Assembly (NCBI GenBank): GCA_019119995.1
Contig: DWVY01000001.1
Coordinates: 3,472 to 67,471, forward strand
DNA length: 64,000 bases
Reading direction: 5' to 3'
From: Candidatus Mediterraneibacter faecavium
GTDB lineage: Bacteria > Bacillota > Clostridia > Lachnospirales > Lachnospiraceae
Shown here in pieces: positions 29,903 to 39,273 of this stretch. Within the stretch, counting starts at the first letter, position 1; each line of letters starts with the position of its first letter. Made by a program: the position numbers and the translations under genes. The notes under the pieces are model-generated. The model searched no databases, was not told where the DNA came from, and saw nothing but the letters and a program-made list of their open reading frames with translations.

Positions 29903-32140
29903 ATGATGACGCCATACACATTCAGGAAAGACGAGTATTTTAAAGAGGCGGAAGATGTATATGCGGCATATCCCACGGACGTATCCGCTATGGAACGGAT
30001 GCTGGAAAAGATGGCGGAGGATGATCCGAAGGCTTCCCCGTTCAGGAAAAAGACGTGGATATATAAAGTCGCGGCAGAAAATGCGGACGTAAAGATATTT
30101 CCCTCAAATCCGTTCTACGGTGAGATCGATACAGGAAGAGAGAGGAACAGCGTGACGTCTTCTTTCCCTCCCCAGCCGGGACTGGGATGCTGGCTTATGA
30201 AGCAGTATCCCGGATTTGTGGACAGATACGGGGAGTGGAGCGCCTGGTACGGAGACCGGGGAGTGATCAACGCCCCGCAGTATACGGACGCTTCGCACCA
30301 TTACGCCGACTGCAGTACAGTGTTGGAATACGGGCTTGCAGGGATTATAAGAAAGATAAAAGAGCGGGAGAAAGACGGCGCGCTTACTTCTCATCAGAGG
30401 GAATTCCTGGAGTGCATGGCAGATGTGTGCGAAAGCCTGGAGCACATTTCCAGGCGTTTTTCAAAAAAGGCGGCAGAGATGCTCGAAGAGGAAAAAAATC
30501 CGCTTAAACGCGGGGTGCTGGAGAGGATTGCGGATACCGCCGCCCGTGTGCCGGAACAGCCGGCGCGGACATTTTATGAGGCGATGTGCGCTATATGGTA
30601 CACAAGAGAAATGTGCAATGCCCTGGACGGGCTTGGCTTTGCCGTGATCGGCCATCTTGACCGGATACTGTATCCATATTATACAAAGGATATTGCCCAG
30701 GGAAGGATCACGCCGGAGGAAGCGCAGGAGCTCATAGACTGTTTTGTCTCCATGACGGATGCAAGATGGGATCTTGAGGCGGATCTCCCGGGAGGGACGA
30801 ACGCGGATATCATTGTCGGCGGATGTGATGAAACAGGCAGGACTGTCTACAATGAAGTCACGGAAATGATCCTGAACAGCTATAAAAAGTACCGGTTCGC
30901 GAATCCGAAGCTTCAGGCTAGGATTACAGAGGACGCTCCGGCCGGCTATCTCATGCGTCTGGGAGAACTGGCGGGCATGGGACTGAACGTGCTTTCCATC
31001 TTTAACGACAGAGTGATTATCCAGGCCAACAGAAAATGGGATAAGAAACTGGAGGACTGCCGGCTTTATGTGGCCGGCGGATGCCAGGAAATCTGCGTGG
31101 GGAACGAAGTGAACTGCCGTGCTTACGTATACCTGAATCTTGTGCAGATGCTGAATGTTTCGCTGTATCCGGAATACTGGAATAAAGTCTTTGAAAGAGA
31201 CGGAGTCAGCTTCCTCCCTGCATATAAGGAGGAGACTTTTGAGGGCTTTTACCGTGCGGCGATGGAAAATTACCAGAATGAGATCAACATGTTCATGGAC
31301 AGATATAATGAGTTCGGCATGCAGTGGAGAAAAAGCAATCCGTCCCTGTTCTTCTCCGCTGTGACACCGTCCTGTACAGAGAAGGCCATGGATGTATCCG
31401 AGGGCGGCGCGGTATACAATACAGATAATTTCGCGGCGGCGGGGACAGGGACGGTCATAGACGCCCTCTACGCCATAAAGACAGCCGTATATGACAGGAA
31501 AGCCGTGACGATGGACGAACTGAGGGCGGCGATGCAGGAGGATTTCAAGGGAAGGGAACCTCTCAGACAGTATCTGCTCCATAAAGTCCCGAAGTTCGGC
31601 AGGGACGGGGAAGTAAATGTGTTCGGGAGAAAGGTGATGCACGATCTGGCCGCACGACTCGGAGGAAAAGAAAACTGCAGAGGCGGGAAATACGAGCCGT
31701 CCCTGTTCGCCTTTTACTCCTACGACTGGTTCAAAGATACGACTCAGGCGACGGCGGACGGGAGAAAACGAGGCACAGGGCTCTCAAGAGGAGTGAATCC
31801 CAGCGAGAGCACGGAGGACATCGATATCGCCACGCTCCTTAACGCCGTTAAAGAGATGGATTATACGGAGTTCCCCGGGGGCGTGGTGAATTATATGGAT
31901 ATACCGGTCTCGTATAAAGACGCGAAGCCGGAACTGTTCGCCGCAGTGATCAGGGCTTTCTGCGAGAACGGAGGAAGCGTCATGGACTTTAACGTTGTAG
32001 ACAAGGAACTGCTCCTTAAAGCACAGAAAGAGCCTGAGTTACACAGGAACATCGTGGTGAGGGTGTGCGGGTACAGCGCGTATTTCCATACTCTGTCCAG
32101 AGAAATGCAGAATGAAGTGATAGGAAGGACGCAGAGATGA
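29903..32140 (+). CDS. Glycyl radical enzyme of unknown specificity (PFL superfamily, eliminase-like)
   Basis: C-terminal VVRVCGYSAYF glycyl-radical loop, GGCQE Cys loop, IGHLDRILYPYY, ATADGR. Confidence 0.92.
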   Translation: MMTPYTFRKDEYFKEAEDVYAAYPTDVSAMERMLEKMAEDDPKASPFRKKTWIYKVAAENADVKIFPSNPFYGEIDTGRERNSVTSSFPPQPGLGCWLMKQYPGFVDRYGEWSAWYGDRGVINAPQYTDASHHYADCSTVLEYGLAGIIRKIKEREKDGALTSHQREFLECMADVCESLEHISRRFSKKAAEMLEEEKNPLKRGVLERIADTAARVPEQPARTFYEAMCAIWYTREMCNALDGLGFAVIGHLDRILYPYYTKDIAQGRITPEEAQELIDCFVSMTDARWDLEADLPGGTNADIIVGGCDETGRTVYNEVTEMILNSYKKYRFANPKLQARITEDAPAGYLMRLGELAGMGLNVLSIFNDRVIIQANRKWDKKLEDCRLYVAGGCQEICVGNEVNCRAYVYLNLVQMLNVSLYPEYWNKVFERDGVSFLPAYKEETFEGFYRAAMENYQNEINMFMDRYNEFGMQWRKSNPSLFFSAVTPSCTEKAMDVSEGGAVYNTDNFAAAGTGTVIDALYAIKTAVYDRKAVTMDELRAAMQEDFKGREPLRQYLLHKVPKFGRDGEVNVFGRKVMHDLAARLGGKENCRGGKYEPSLFAFYSYDWFKDTTQATADGRKRGTGLSRGVNPSESTEDIDIATLLNAVKEMDYTEFPGGVVNYMDIPVSYKDAKPELFAAVIRAFCENGGSVMDFNVVDKELLLKAQKEPELHRNIVVRVCGYSAYFHTLSREMQNEVIGRTQR

Positions 32141-33054
32141 AAGCGGGACAGGAAAAAGAAAATACCCGGGAGATCATGGTGAGCCGGATACAGTATTTCT
32201 CTCTGCACGACGGGCCGGGGATACGCACCACGGTATTTCTCCAGGGATGCGGTCTGCGGTGCAGGTGGTGCCATAATCCTGAGACATGGGATGCGGCGCC
32301 GTCTGTCAGCTACGACAGCGGCCGGTGCATCGGATGTACGGCGTGCAGGGAAGTATGCCCGGTACAGGCCCATGAGTTTACAGAGGAGGGACACAGGTTT
32401 TTATTTTCCAGGTGCATACGCTGCGGGAAGTGCATAGAAGCCTGTCCCGCACAGGCTCTGGAGATGAACGGATATTCTGAGAACACGGACGGCCTGTATG
32501 ACCGGCTTATAAGAGATAAAAGACTGTATGAGATATCGGGCGGAGGGGTGACATTTTCAGGAGGGGAGCCGCTGATGCAGGCCGCCGCCCTTCGCGGTAT
32601 CCTGACAAGGCTGCGGGAGAGCGGCGTCCACACGGCTTTAGAGACTGCTCTGTACGCGCCGTGGGAGACAGTGGAGCAGGTGTGCGGAGCTGTCTCGCTG
32701 TTCCTGGCAGATATGAAGATGTACGATGCACAGGAGCACAGAAAATATACCGGCGTGGATAACGCGCTTATACTGGAAAATCTGAAAAGACTTGTGCGGA
32801 TCAGGGACACGGCCGTGAGGATCCCTGTGATCGGCGGTGTGAACGACAGCAGAGAAAACGCGGAAAAAACCGCCGGTTTTCTGGCTTCGCTCAAACCGGG
32901 CGTCCTGAGCGCGGAACTGCTCCCTTATCATGACTTTGGCATCGCGAAAGCCGGACGCATCGGCAGGATGCAGGAGCGGTTTGCAGAGCCGGGACAAGAG
33001 CGGATTGCAGAACTGGAAGATATATACCGCAGCTATGGGATTAAAATCGTATAA
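32137..33054 (+). CDS. Glycyl-radical activating enzyme (radical SAM with ferredoxin insert)
   Basis: HDGPGIRTTVFLQGCGLRCRWCHNPE, two CxxCxxCxxxCP motifs, SGGEPL, LLPYH. Confidence 0.94.
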   Translation: MKAGQEKENTREIMVSRIQYFSLHDGPGIRTTVFLQGCGLRCRWCHNPETWDAAPSVSYDSGRCIGCTACREVCPVQAHEFTEEGHRFLFSRCIRCGKCIEACPAQALEMNGYSENTDGLYDRLIRDKRLYEISGGGVTFSGGEPLMQAAALRGILTRLRESGVHTALETALYAPWETVEQVCGAVSLFLADMKMYDAQEHRKYTGVDNALILENLKRLVRIRDTAVRIPVIGGVNDSRENAEKTAGFLASLKPGVLSAELLPYHDFGIAKAGRIGRMQERFAEPGQERIAELEDIYRSYGIKIV

Positions 33055-33084
33055 ATCAGAAAACAGGGCAAGGAGAATATAAAG

Positions 33085-35916
33085 ATGAGAGCAGAACTGG
33101 AACACAAGGCAAAAAAAGAATGGCTCTGTATTCCATATGAATATGAGGCTCCTGTCATATCTGTCACCGTCAGTGACAAAAAAGGCAGAGAAAAGCATGT
33201 GCCGGTGCGCCTGGCAGAAAGCAGGGTGGATCTGTGGATGTCGTATCCGCTGACGGATCTTGCTCCGGGCAGGATCACACTGTCAGCAGAAGGGGAAAAC
33301 TGGCTCGGGGCGTCATATATCGGCATGGAGCCTGCCAGAGAGAAAAGGCGCGAGACGCCGCGTCCCCGCGTGCATTATATGCCCCCGTCAGGAGGGATCA
33401 CATCTCTTGAGGGGATCTGGAAACAGAACGGAAGATGGATCCTTTCCTATACCGCGTCACCGTGTATGCTGGAGGATGTGCGAGGCGCAGAGACGGAAGC
33501 GGCGGCCGCGTCCGTCGATCTCCTCCACTGGGAAGAGACGCAGACAGAGGGAAAAGAGCGGAAGCCGGAAGAAAACAGGCGGTTATCGGAAGTGTTTTCC
33601 GGCGGCAGAGCGGCGGAAAAGGCAGGCTGGACCGGCGACGTTGAGGAGGCGGCTGTGATCCGGGACGGTAGGAGAATATACAGTATTGCCAGGAGCTTTT
33701 TGGGCAGGCTGGATTCCTGCGCCGGGGCGTGCGTGCTGAGCATACCGGCACAGGTAAGGGACGGGAAGATGGCGCCTGCGAGCCAGACTGAGAACCTGCG
33801 GGTGTGGGAGCGGATCTGGCAGAATGTGGGACTGGAAAAGGAATTTTATTTTCCCATGCGGTTTAAACTGGCCCCGGGAATATGGCCGGAGATACGTCTG
33901 CTGGAGAAGGAAAATACTGCGGACGATATACGGACGGAAGCGTGCGAGGCGGAAGTGGAGATTTTCGTGGGGCAGGAGAGGGAACTCTCCATTGAACTGT
34001 GCGGGGCGGTATGGAGATGGGAAGCTCTGGAACAGACGATATCCTGCGGATCGTGCCGCATAAAAGCGCCGGTGGAAAACGGCAGGCTGCATCTGCATTT
34101 TTTCAGTGATATGGTCGTGCAGGAACTTTTCCCCGGGACAGACAGGGCGGCGCTTATCCTCCTGCCCGGCGGGATGCAGAAGAAAACATACCGGATCGGG
34201 AGCGAGCTGGTGGAAAATATCAACAACGATTCTTTTTGTTTTCAATATCCCGCAGAGCCTTATATCAGGATAAATTCCTCCGGCGCTTCGGCATACATTG
34301 TGGAGGCAGGGGTGTGGGGTCTGCGGCCCGTACGCTATTCTGAGGCGGGGCAGAAACTGCTGAAAGGAGCAGAAAAAGGAAAAACGCTTTTTGAGTGCTG
34401 CCATTATACGATCTATGAAAACTGTGTGGAGGACAGAATTTACGGACCGCCCTGTGCGTGGGCACTGAACGGAGGAAAGACGGTGCTCTCCCCTGTGCGC
34501 GCAAAAGAGGAGTTTACATGGCGCGCGACTCCATGGGGCGATATGACAAGAGTTGTAAACCGCACGGAGAGATGGGACGCGCCGCGAGACAGCACATATC
34601 CCAGGCTTTGGACGAAATATCCGGTGTTAAACGCGGCATTCGGTCTGGCTGCGGACATTATGCTGAAAAACAGGGACGAGAGGTACGCTCTCCCGGGGCA
34701 GCGGGGGCTTATGAACGCGGCTCTTTTCCAAGGGGAAGGAGAGGGGTTCGGCAGCTGGGTGAGGGATACATGCCATGCGGCTTTCCGGTGCCAGAACCTT
34801 CTTGCCCCTGAGGAGATCAGGGAATCCCTTGTCTATATCTCCGAGCGCGGATTCAACAACGGCGAGGACTGCGCCGCTATGCCCGCTGTTGCGGCGTGGG
34901 ACTATTATACAGCCACAGGCGACAGGCAGATACTCTTTGAGATGCTCCCGGGCATACAGCGGTATGCGCAGGAAGCAGACCAACGATATGACGGGGAGAT
35001 GGAACTGGTGCGTGCAGATATGTGCCCGGCGCAGGACGCGTTCCCGGAACCGGAAAACGGGGGATACTGCCTGGGGACTGAGATTTTCTTTGCTCTTATG
35101 TACGAGGCGGCGGCAAAGATATGCACAGAGACCGGATGCATGGAGGAACGGCGGGAGATCTGGAGCGCAAGAGCGGCAGCCATGCGTAGATCCATAAGGG
35201 AAAAATACTGGAACCCGGAAAAGGGATGCTTTACCAGCGGCCCTGTGGGAAGCGAGGCGTATGAAAAAGGATGGTGGGAGATGACAGGAGCCGAGCTGGC
35301 TCTGTGGCCAAGGTTCGGGATTGCTTCCAGACAGCAGAGGAAAATCTTCCTTACCACTATCCGGCAGAATCCCGGGGCGTGCTCTGACTTCGGGATGAAC
35401 TGGTATCCGTTCCGCAGGGAAAAGAATCATTTCTGGAGAGCCTGCTGGGTGTCATGGACACAGGGCGTGGCTGTGGCGGCGGCTTCAGAGGGAGATGAAG
35501 AGTTTCTGATGAAACTGATCTTCGGGCAGGTGAGGAATGTACTGCTTAACAAATCCTTTCACGAGGTGATGGATTTTGATACCGGAAAGGCGTGGAGATG
35601 GCCTCATCTTCCATGGCATGCGGCGGCGTTTATCGGATACATCGTAAACGGCGTCATGGGCGTCGGCTATGACGCGGACGGGCTGAGATTAAATCCTCTG
35701 ATACCGGAAGCTTTTGCGGACAGCGTGCTCACGGGGGTTAAGTACCGGGCGGCTTCCTATACAATATATGTCCACGGCTTTGGTCGGCCGTGCCGGACAG
35801 AGCTTGACGGCATCGCAGTCACCGGCGCTTTCGGCCGTAATATGACCGGAGAGCACAGGATAGACGTCTATGCGGGAAACAGAGAAACCGCAGGATCAGG
35901 GGGTGAGAAGAGCTGA
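33085..35916 (+). CDS. Fusion protein: degenerate GH32-like N-terminal half and (alpha/alpha)6 glycoside hydrolase C-terminal half
   Basis: RPRVHYMPPSG and SVDLLHWEE resemble GH32 blade 1 but WMNDPNG is absent; C-half has WVRD, AAWDYYTATGD, IREKYWN and GVMGV, typical of six-hairpin glycosidases. Confidence 0.65.
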   Translation: MRAELEHKAKKEWLCIPYEYEAPVISVTVSDKKGREKHVPVRLAESRVDLWMSYPLTDLAPGRITLSAEGENWLGASYIGMEPAREKRRETPRPRVHYMPPSGGITSLEGIWKQNGRWILSYTASPCMLEDVRGAETEAAAASVDLLHWEETQTEGKERKPEENRRLSEVFSGGRAAEKAGWTGDVEEAAVIRDGRRIYSIARSFLGRLDSCAGACVLSIPAQVRDGKMAPASQTENLRVWERIWQNVGLEKEFYFPMRFKLAPGIWPEIRLLEKENTADDIRTEACEAEVEIFVGQERELSIELCGAVWRWEALEQTISCGSCRIKAPVENGRLHLHFFSDMVVQELFPGTDRAALILLPGGMQKKTYRIGSELVENINNDSFCFQYPAEPYIRINSSGASAYIVEAGVWGLRPVRYSEAGQKLLKGAEKGKTLFECCHYTIYENCVEDRIYGPPCAWALNGGKTVLSPVRAKEEFTWRATPWGDMTRVVNRTERWDAPRDSTYPRLWTKYPVLNAAFGLAADIMLKNRDERYALPGQRGLMNAALFQGEGEGFGSWVRDTCHAAFRCQNLLAPEEIRESLVYISERGFNNGEDCAAMPAVAAWDYYTATGDRQILFEMLPGIQRYAQEADQRYDGEMELVRADMCPAQDAFPEPENGGYCLGTEIFFALMYEAAAKICTETGCMEERREIWSARAAAMRRSIREKYWNPEKGCFTSGPVGSEAYEKGWWEMTGAELALWPRFGIASRQQRKIFLTTIRQNPGACSDFGMNWYPFRREKNHFWRACWVSWTQGVAVAAASEGDEEFLMKLIFGQVRNVLLNKSFHEVMDFDTGKAWRWPHLPWHAAAFIGYIVNGVMGVGYDADGLRLNPLIPEAFADSVLTGVKYRAASYTIYVHGFGRPCRTELDGIAVTGAFGRNMTGEHRIDVYAGNRETAGSGGEKS

Positions 35917-37079
35917 TGCACAGTGAAAAGAAAGACAAAAAAGTAATCGCAGCGGGACACATTTGTCTTGATATCACGCCGGATCTTGAGCTGGATCAAG
36001 AGAACCGGCAAATCCGGGGGGAGCTTTTAGCGCCGGGAAAGCTGCTCAGGATAGGAAAGGCCGAAGTAAGCGCGGGCGGTTCTGTGGTAAATACCGGGAT
36101 TGGGATCAAACGGATGGGCGGAAATGTGGAACTGATGGGAAGCGTGGGAAAGGACGAGTTCGGACGAATCGTCCTTTCCCAGATGGAAAAGTACGGCGTG
36201 GGGACAGAGAGCATTACCCACTCAGAGAAAGCTTCCACAGCTTATTCTATTATATTTGCCCCTCCGGGTACAGACCGCATCATCTTTCACTATGAGGGCA
36301 CTAACGCCTGGTTCGGAGAAGAGGATATAGACTTTAAAAAACTGGAGGACGCGTCCCTGTTCCACTTCGGCTACCCGCCCCTGATGCGCGGGATGTACGA
36401 GAATACAGGAGAAAAATTTATCAGGCTCCTGCGCACGGTGAAAGAGACGGGGACTGCAGTTTCTGTGGATACAGCGATGTTCGAGGAGGAGAGCGACGCC
36501 GGACGGGAGGACTGGGATAGTATACTGCGCCAGTCGCTGCCGCTGACAGACTTTTTCATGCCAAGCGCAGAAGAATTGTGTCTTATGCTTGACAGGAAAC
36601 GATATCATGAATGGCTTGAAAGAGCCGGTAGGAGAGACGTTACGGAAATACTTGATATAGAGAAAGATATCCGGCCCCTGGCAGAGAAACTTCTGACGTA
36701 TGGCGCGGGAGCAGTAGTGATAAAGTGCGGGGCGAAAGGAATCTATTTCAGGAGCGCGGGAAAGGAAAGGCTGGTACAGGCAGGCGGTGGGATCGGACAG
36801 CAGATTGCCGTGAGCTGGGCGGATCGGGAGGCCTTTGAAAAGAGTTACCGCGCAGATAAAGTTGTATCGGGAACAGGAGCGGGAGACACGGCGATTGCCG
36901 GCTTCATAACAGCACTCCTCGCCGGGGAGCCGTGGCAGGAATGTCTGCATCTGGCGGCCGCCGCCGGAGCGATGTGCGTGGGGGTGTATGACGCCCTGAG
37001 CGCTCTTACACCGCTTTCGAAGATGAAAGAGAAGATTAAAGCGGGCTGGGAGAAAATACCCGGGAAAGGAGATGACTGA
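35916..37079 (+). CDS. PfkB-family carbohydrate kinase
   Basis: AGGSVVNTG, GSVGKDEFG, SGTGAGDTAIAGF. Confidence 0.92.
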   Translation: MHSEKKDKKVIAAGHICLDITPDLELDQENRQIRGELLAPGKLLRIGKAEVSAGGSVVNTGIGIKRMGGNVELMGSVGKDEFGRIVLSQMEKYGVGTESITHSEKASTAYSIIFAPPGTDRIIFHYEGTNAWFGEEDIDFKKLEDASLFHFGYPPLMRGMYENTGEKFIRLLRTVKETGTAVSVDTAMFEEESDAGREDWDSILRQSLPLTDFFMPSAEELCLMLDRKRYHEWLERAGRRDVTEILDIEKDIRPLAEKLLTYGAGAVVIKCGAKGIYFRSAGKERLVQAGGGIGQQIAVSWADREAFEKSYRADKVVSGTGAGDTAIAGFITALLAGEPWQECLHLAAAAGAMCVGVYDALSALTPLSKMKEKIKAGWEKIPGKGDD

Positions 37080-37995
37080 TTTGTTAGTGAATTTAAATAA
37101 AGTGCTGTTGCCGGCTAAAAAGGGAAAATATGCCGTTGGGCTGTTCAATGCCGTGAACCTTGAGCTGGCGCGGGGAATTATCGAAGCGGCGGAGGAGATG
37201 AACGCTCCGGTTATTGTAGGCACGGCAGAGGTACTTTTCCCGTATGGGCCTCTGGAGGAGGTATCCTATTATCTTATCCCCATGGCAAAAAAAGCAAAAG
37301 TCCCGGTTGTGGTCCATCTCGACCACGGACTGAGAAAGGAAACATGCCTGAAAGCGTTGGAGCTGGGATTTTCTTCTATTATGTACGACTGCTCTACAGA
37401 GCCGTATGAGGTAAACGTAAGGAATGTAAAAGAAATGGCGGATATCGCACATTCATACGGCGCTTCGATAGAGGCAGAGCTGGGGCATGTGGGGGATAAT
37501 GAAACAGGGGGCGCAGAGGCGCCTGACCGGCCTGAAATGTATTATACCGATCCGGAACAGGCGCAGGATTTTGTGGAAAGGACAGGTGTCGACGCACTGG
37601 CAATCGCAGTGGGGACAGCCCACGGGGCATATAAACTTCCGCCGAAACTGGATTTCGCGAGGATTGAAGAGATAGCAGGGCGGATTCCGGTGCCTCTTGT
37701 GCTGCATGGGGGCTCCGGTCTGTCTGATGAGGATTTTGAAAGAGCCATCGAAAAAGGAATCAGCAAGGTCAACATTTTCACAGATATTAATATTGCTGCA
37801 GTAGAAGCGGAATTCAGCGCTTTTGACAGCATGAATAAAGGGATTATCGATCTGATCCCCGCGGCTGTCCACGCGGTGAAAAAAGCAGTCGAGAGGAAAA
37901 TGGAGCTGTTCGGATGCAGGGGGAAAGGCAGCGCGGGCGATACGGACAGACTTGTAAGGCAGATTATTGCACAGGTACTCAGGGAATTAAGATAA
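37072..37995 (+). CDS. Class II ketose-(bis)phosphate aldolase with C-terminal amphipathic extension
   Basis: VHLDHG, IEAELGHVG, AIAVGTAHG, LVLHGGSG, KVNIFT. Confidence 0.93.
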   Translation: MTDLLVNLNKVLLPAKKGKYAVGLFNAVNLELARGIIEAAEEMNAPVIVGTAEVLFPYGPLEEVSYYLIPMAKKAKVPVVVHLDHGLRKETCLKALELGFSSIMYDCSTEPYEVNVRNVKEMADIAHSYGASIEAELGHVGDNETGGAEAPDRPEMYYTDPEQAQDFVERTGVDALAIAVGTAHGAYKLPPKLDFARIEEIAGRIPVPLVLHGGSGLSDEDFERAIEKGISKVNIFTDINIAAVEAEFSAFDSMNKGIIDLIPAAVHAVKKAVERKMELFGCRGKGSAGDTDRLVRQIIAQVLRELR

Positions 37996-38095
37996 GCAGC
38001 AAAAAAGGATTGGAATCCGTAGGCGGACAAAAAACTGCCGGGTATACGGTTTTCAATCCTTTTGCACTTTATACTCCGGATGGAGGAAAAACCAG

Positions 38096-39079
38096 TCAGA
38101 CAGGAAGCGTAGTATTTCCATGTACGAGAGAAACGTTGTCCAGAATAATATCTCCGCACACTTTTTTTCCGTTGATCTTCTGGATCAAGGTGGCAACAAG
38201 CTTCTCTGCCAACTCCCTGATCGGTTGCGCTACATATGTCATGGACGGATAGCTGACCTTTGCAAGCAACGTGCCGTCGTAGCCCACCGCCTTAAAATCA
38301 TCGGGCATCCTAAGTCCTCTCTCGTTCGCGCATTTAATTGCGTTCATTACGATGAAATCTTCTGAAAATACAGCGTCCGCTTCAGGATAGCGGTCAAACA
38401 GTCTGTTTACCTGCTCGTAATAATCAGCCAGATCTGCGTGAGGGTTCCATGTGTAATCAATACATCGGATTCCGTTCTTTTTTAGTTCACGGGACACGAT
38501 ACGGTGCCTCTCGAAAGCAGGGGACTTATCTGTCAGAACTGCGATCACATTTAAAACACACCGGCATTTATTGCGTATAAGCTCGTCGGCCGCCAATTGT
38601 CCGCCCCTTATATGGTTGGAGTGTATGGAGGGAATATGGTCGGCGATATGCATGTCGAGAGCTACGATCGGGAGCATGAGATTCTTATATTCTTCAGGGT
38701 CTAGCATATGGGTCCCCAGAATAATCCCGTCGACCATATTCTCCCGCATCATTTTTATATAGTCGCGCTCACGGTTGGCCGCGTCGTCTGTATTGCACAG
38801 GAACAGCTTATATCCGTAGCCATAGAGGCAGGACTCGATGTATTTTGTGATCTCAGCCCAGAATGGGTTGGAACTGTCAGGCACGATCAGGCTGATGTAA
38901 AAGGAACGCTGCTTAAACAAGCTGCGCGCAATCTGGTTCGGCACATAATCCAGTTTCCGGATCGCGTCATATACGCTGTCATAAGTTTCTTTTGAAATAT
39001 AACCTTTATTGTTGAGCACTCTGGACACGGTCGTCACAGACACTCCCGCCAGTTCGGCGACGTCTTTGATATTGGACAT
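38096..39079 (-). CDS. LacI-family repressor (ScrR-like)
   Basis: IKDVAELAGVSVTTVSRVLNNKGYIS HTH, NPFWAE, VGYDG. Confidence 0.92.
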   Translation of the reverse strand: MSNIKDVAELAGVSVTTVSRVLNNKGYISKETYDSVYDAIRKLDYVPNQIARSLFKQRSFYISLIVPDSSNPFWAEITKYIESCLYGYGYKLFLCNTDDAANRERDYIKMMRENMVDGIILGTHMLDPEEYKNLMLPIVALDMHIADHIPSIHSNHIRGGQLAADELIRNKCRCVLNVIAVLTDKSPAFERHRIVSRELKKNGIRCIDYTWNPHADLADYYEQVNRLFDRYPEADAVFSEDFIVMNAIKCANERGLRMPDDFKAVGYDGTLLAKVSYPSMTYVAQPIRELAEKLVATLIQKINGKKVCGDIILDNVSLVHGNTTLPV

Positions 39080-39194
39080 GATATAAGCTCCTTATCTTAT
39101 GGAATTCCCTATGCCATGTGTGCCGGCAGGGAATGTACTGTTTATCAGAATTATAACATAAAATCAGAAAGTCCTGCCAAGATATTTTAACTGG

Positions 39195-39223
39195 TTGCCG
39201 TATTTGTTGCCGATATGCTATAA
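39195..39223 (+). promoter_or_regulatory. SigA promoter of glyA (extended -10)
   Basis: TTGCCG-17-TATAAT with TG preceding. Confidence 0.65.
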
Positions 39224-39273
39224 TGTCCGGTAAGCATAAAGATGCGAATAATATGAATTTGGAGGATATGCAA

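Noticed and set aside
29903-32140. Calling the GRE pyruvate formate-lyase, CutC or propanediol dehydratase
   Set aside because: No Cys-Cys pair, a divergent N-terminus, and a sugar-catabolic context without cut/pdu genes; specificity cannot be assigned
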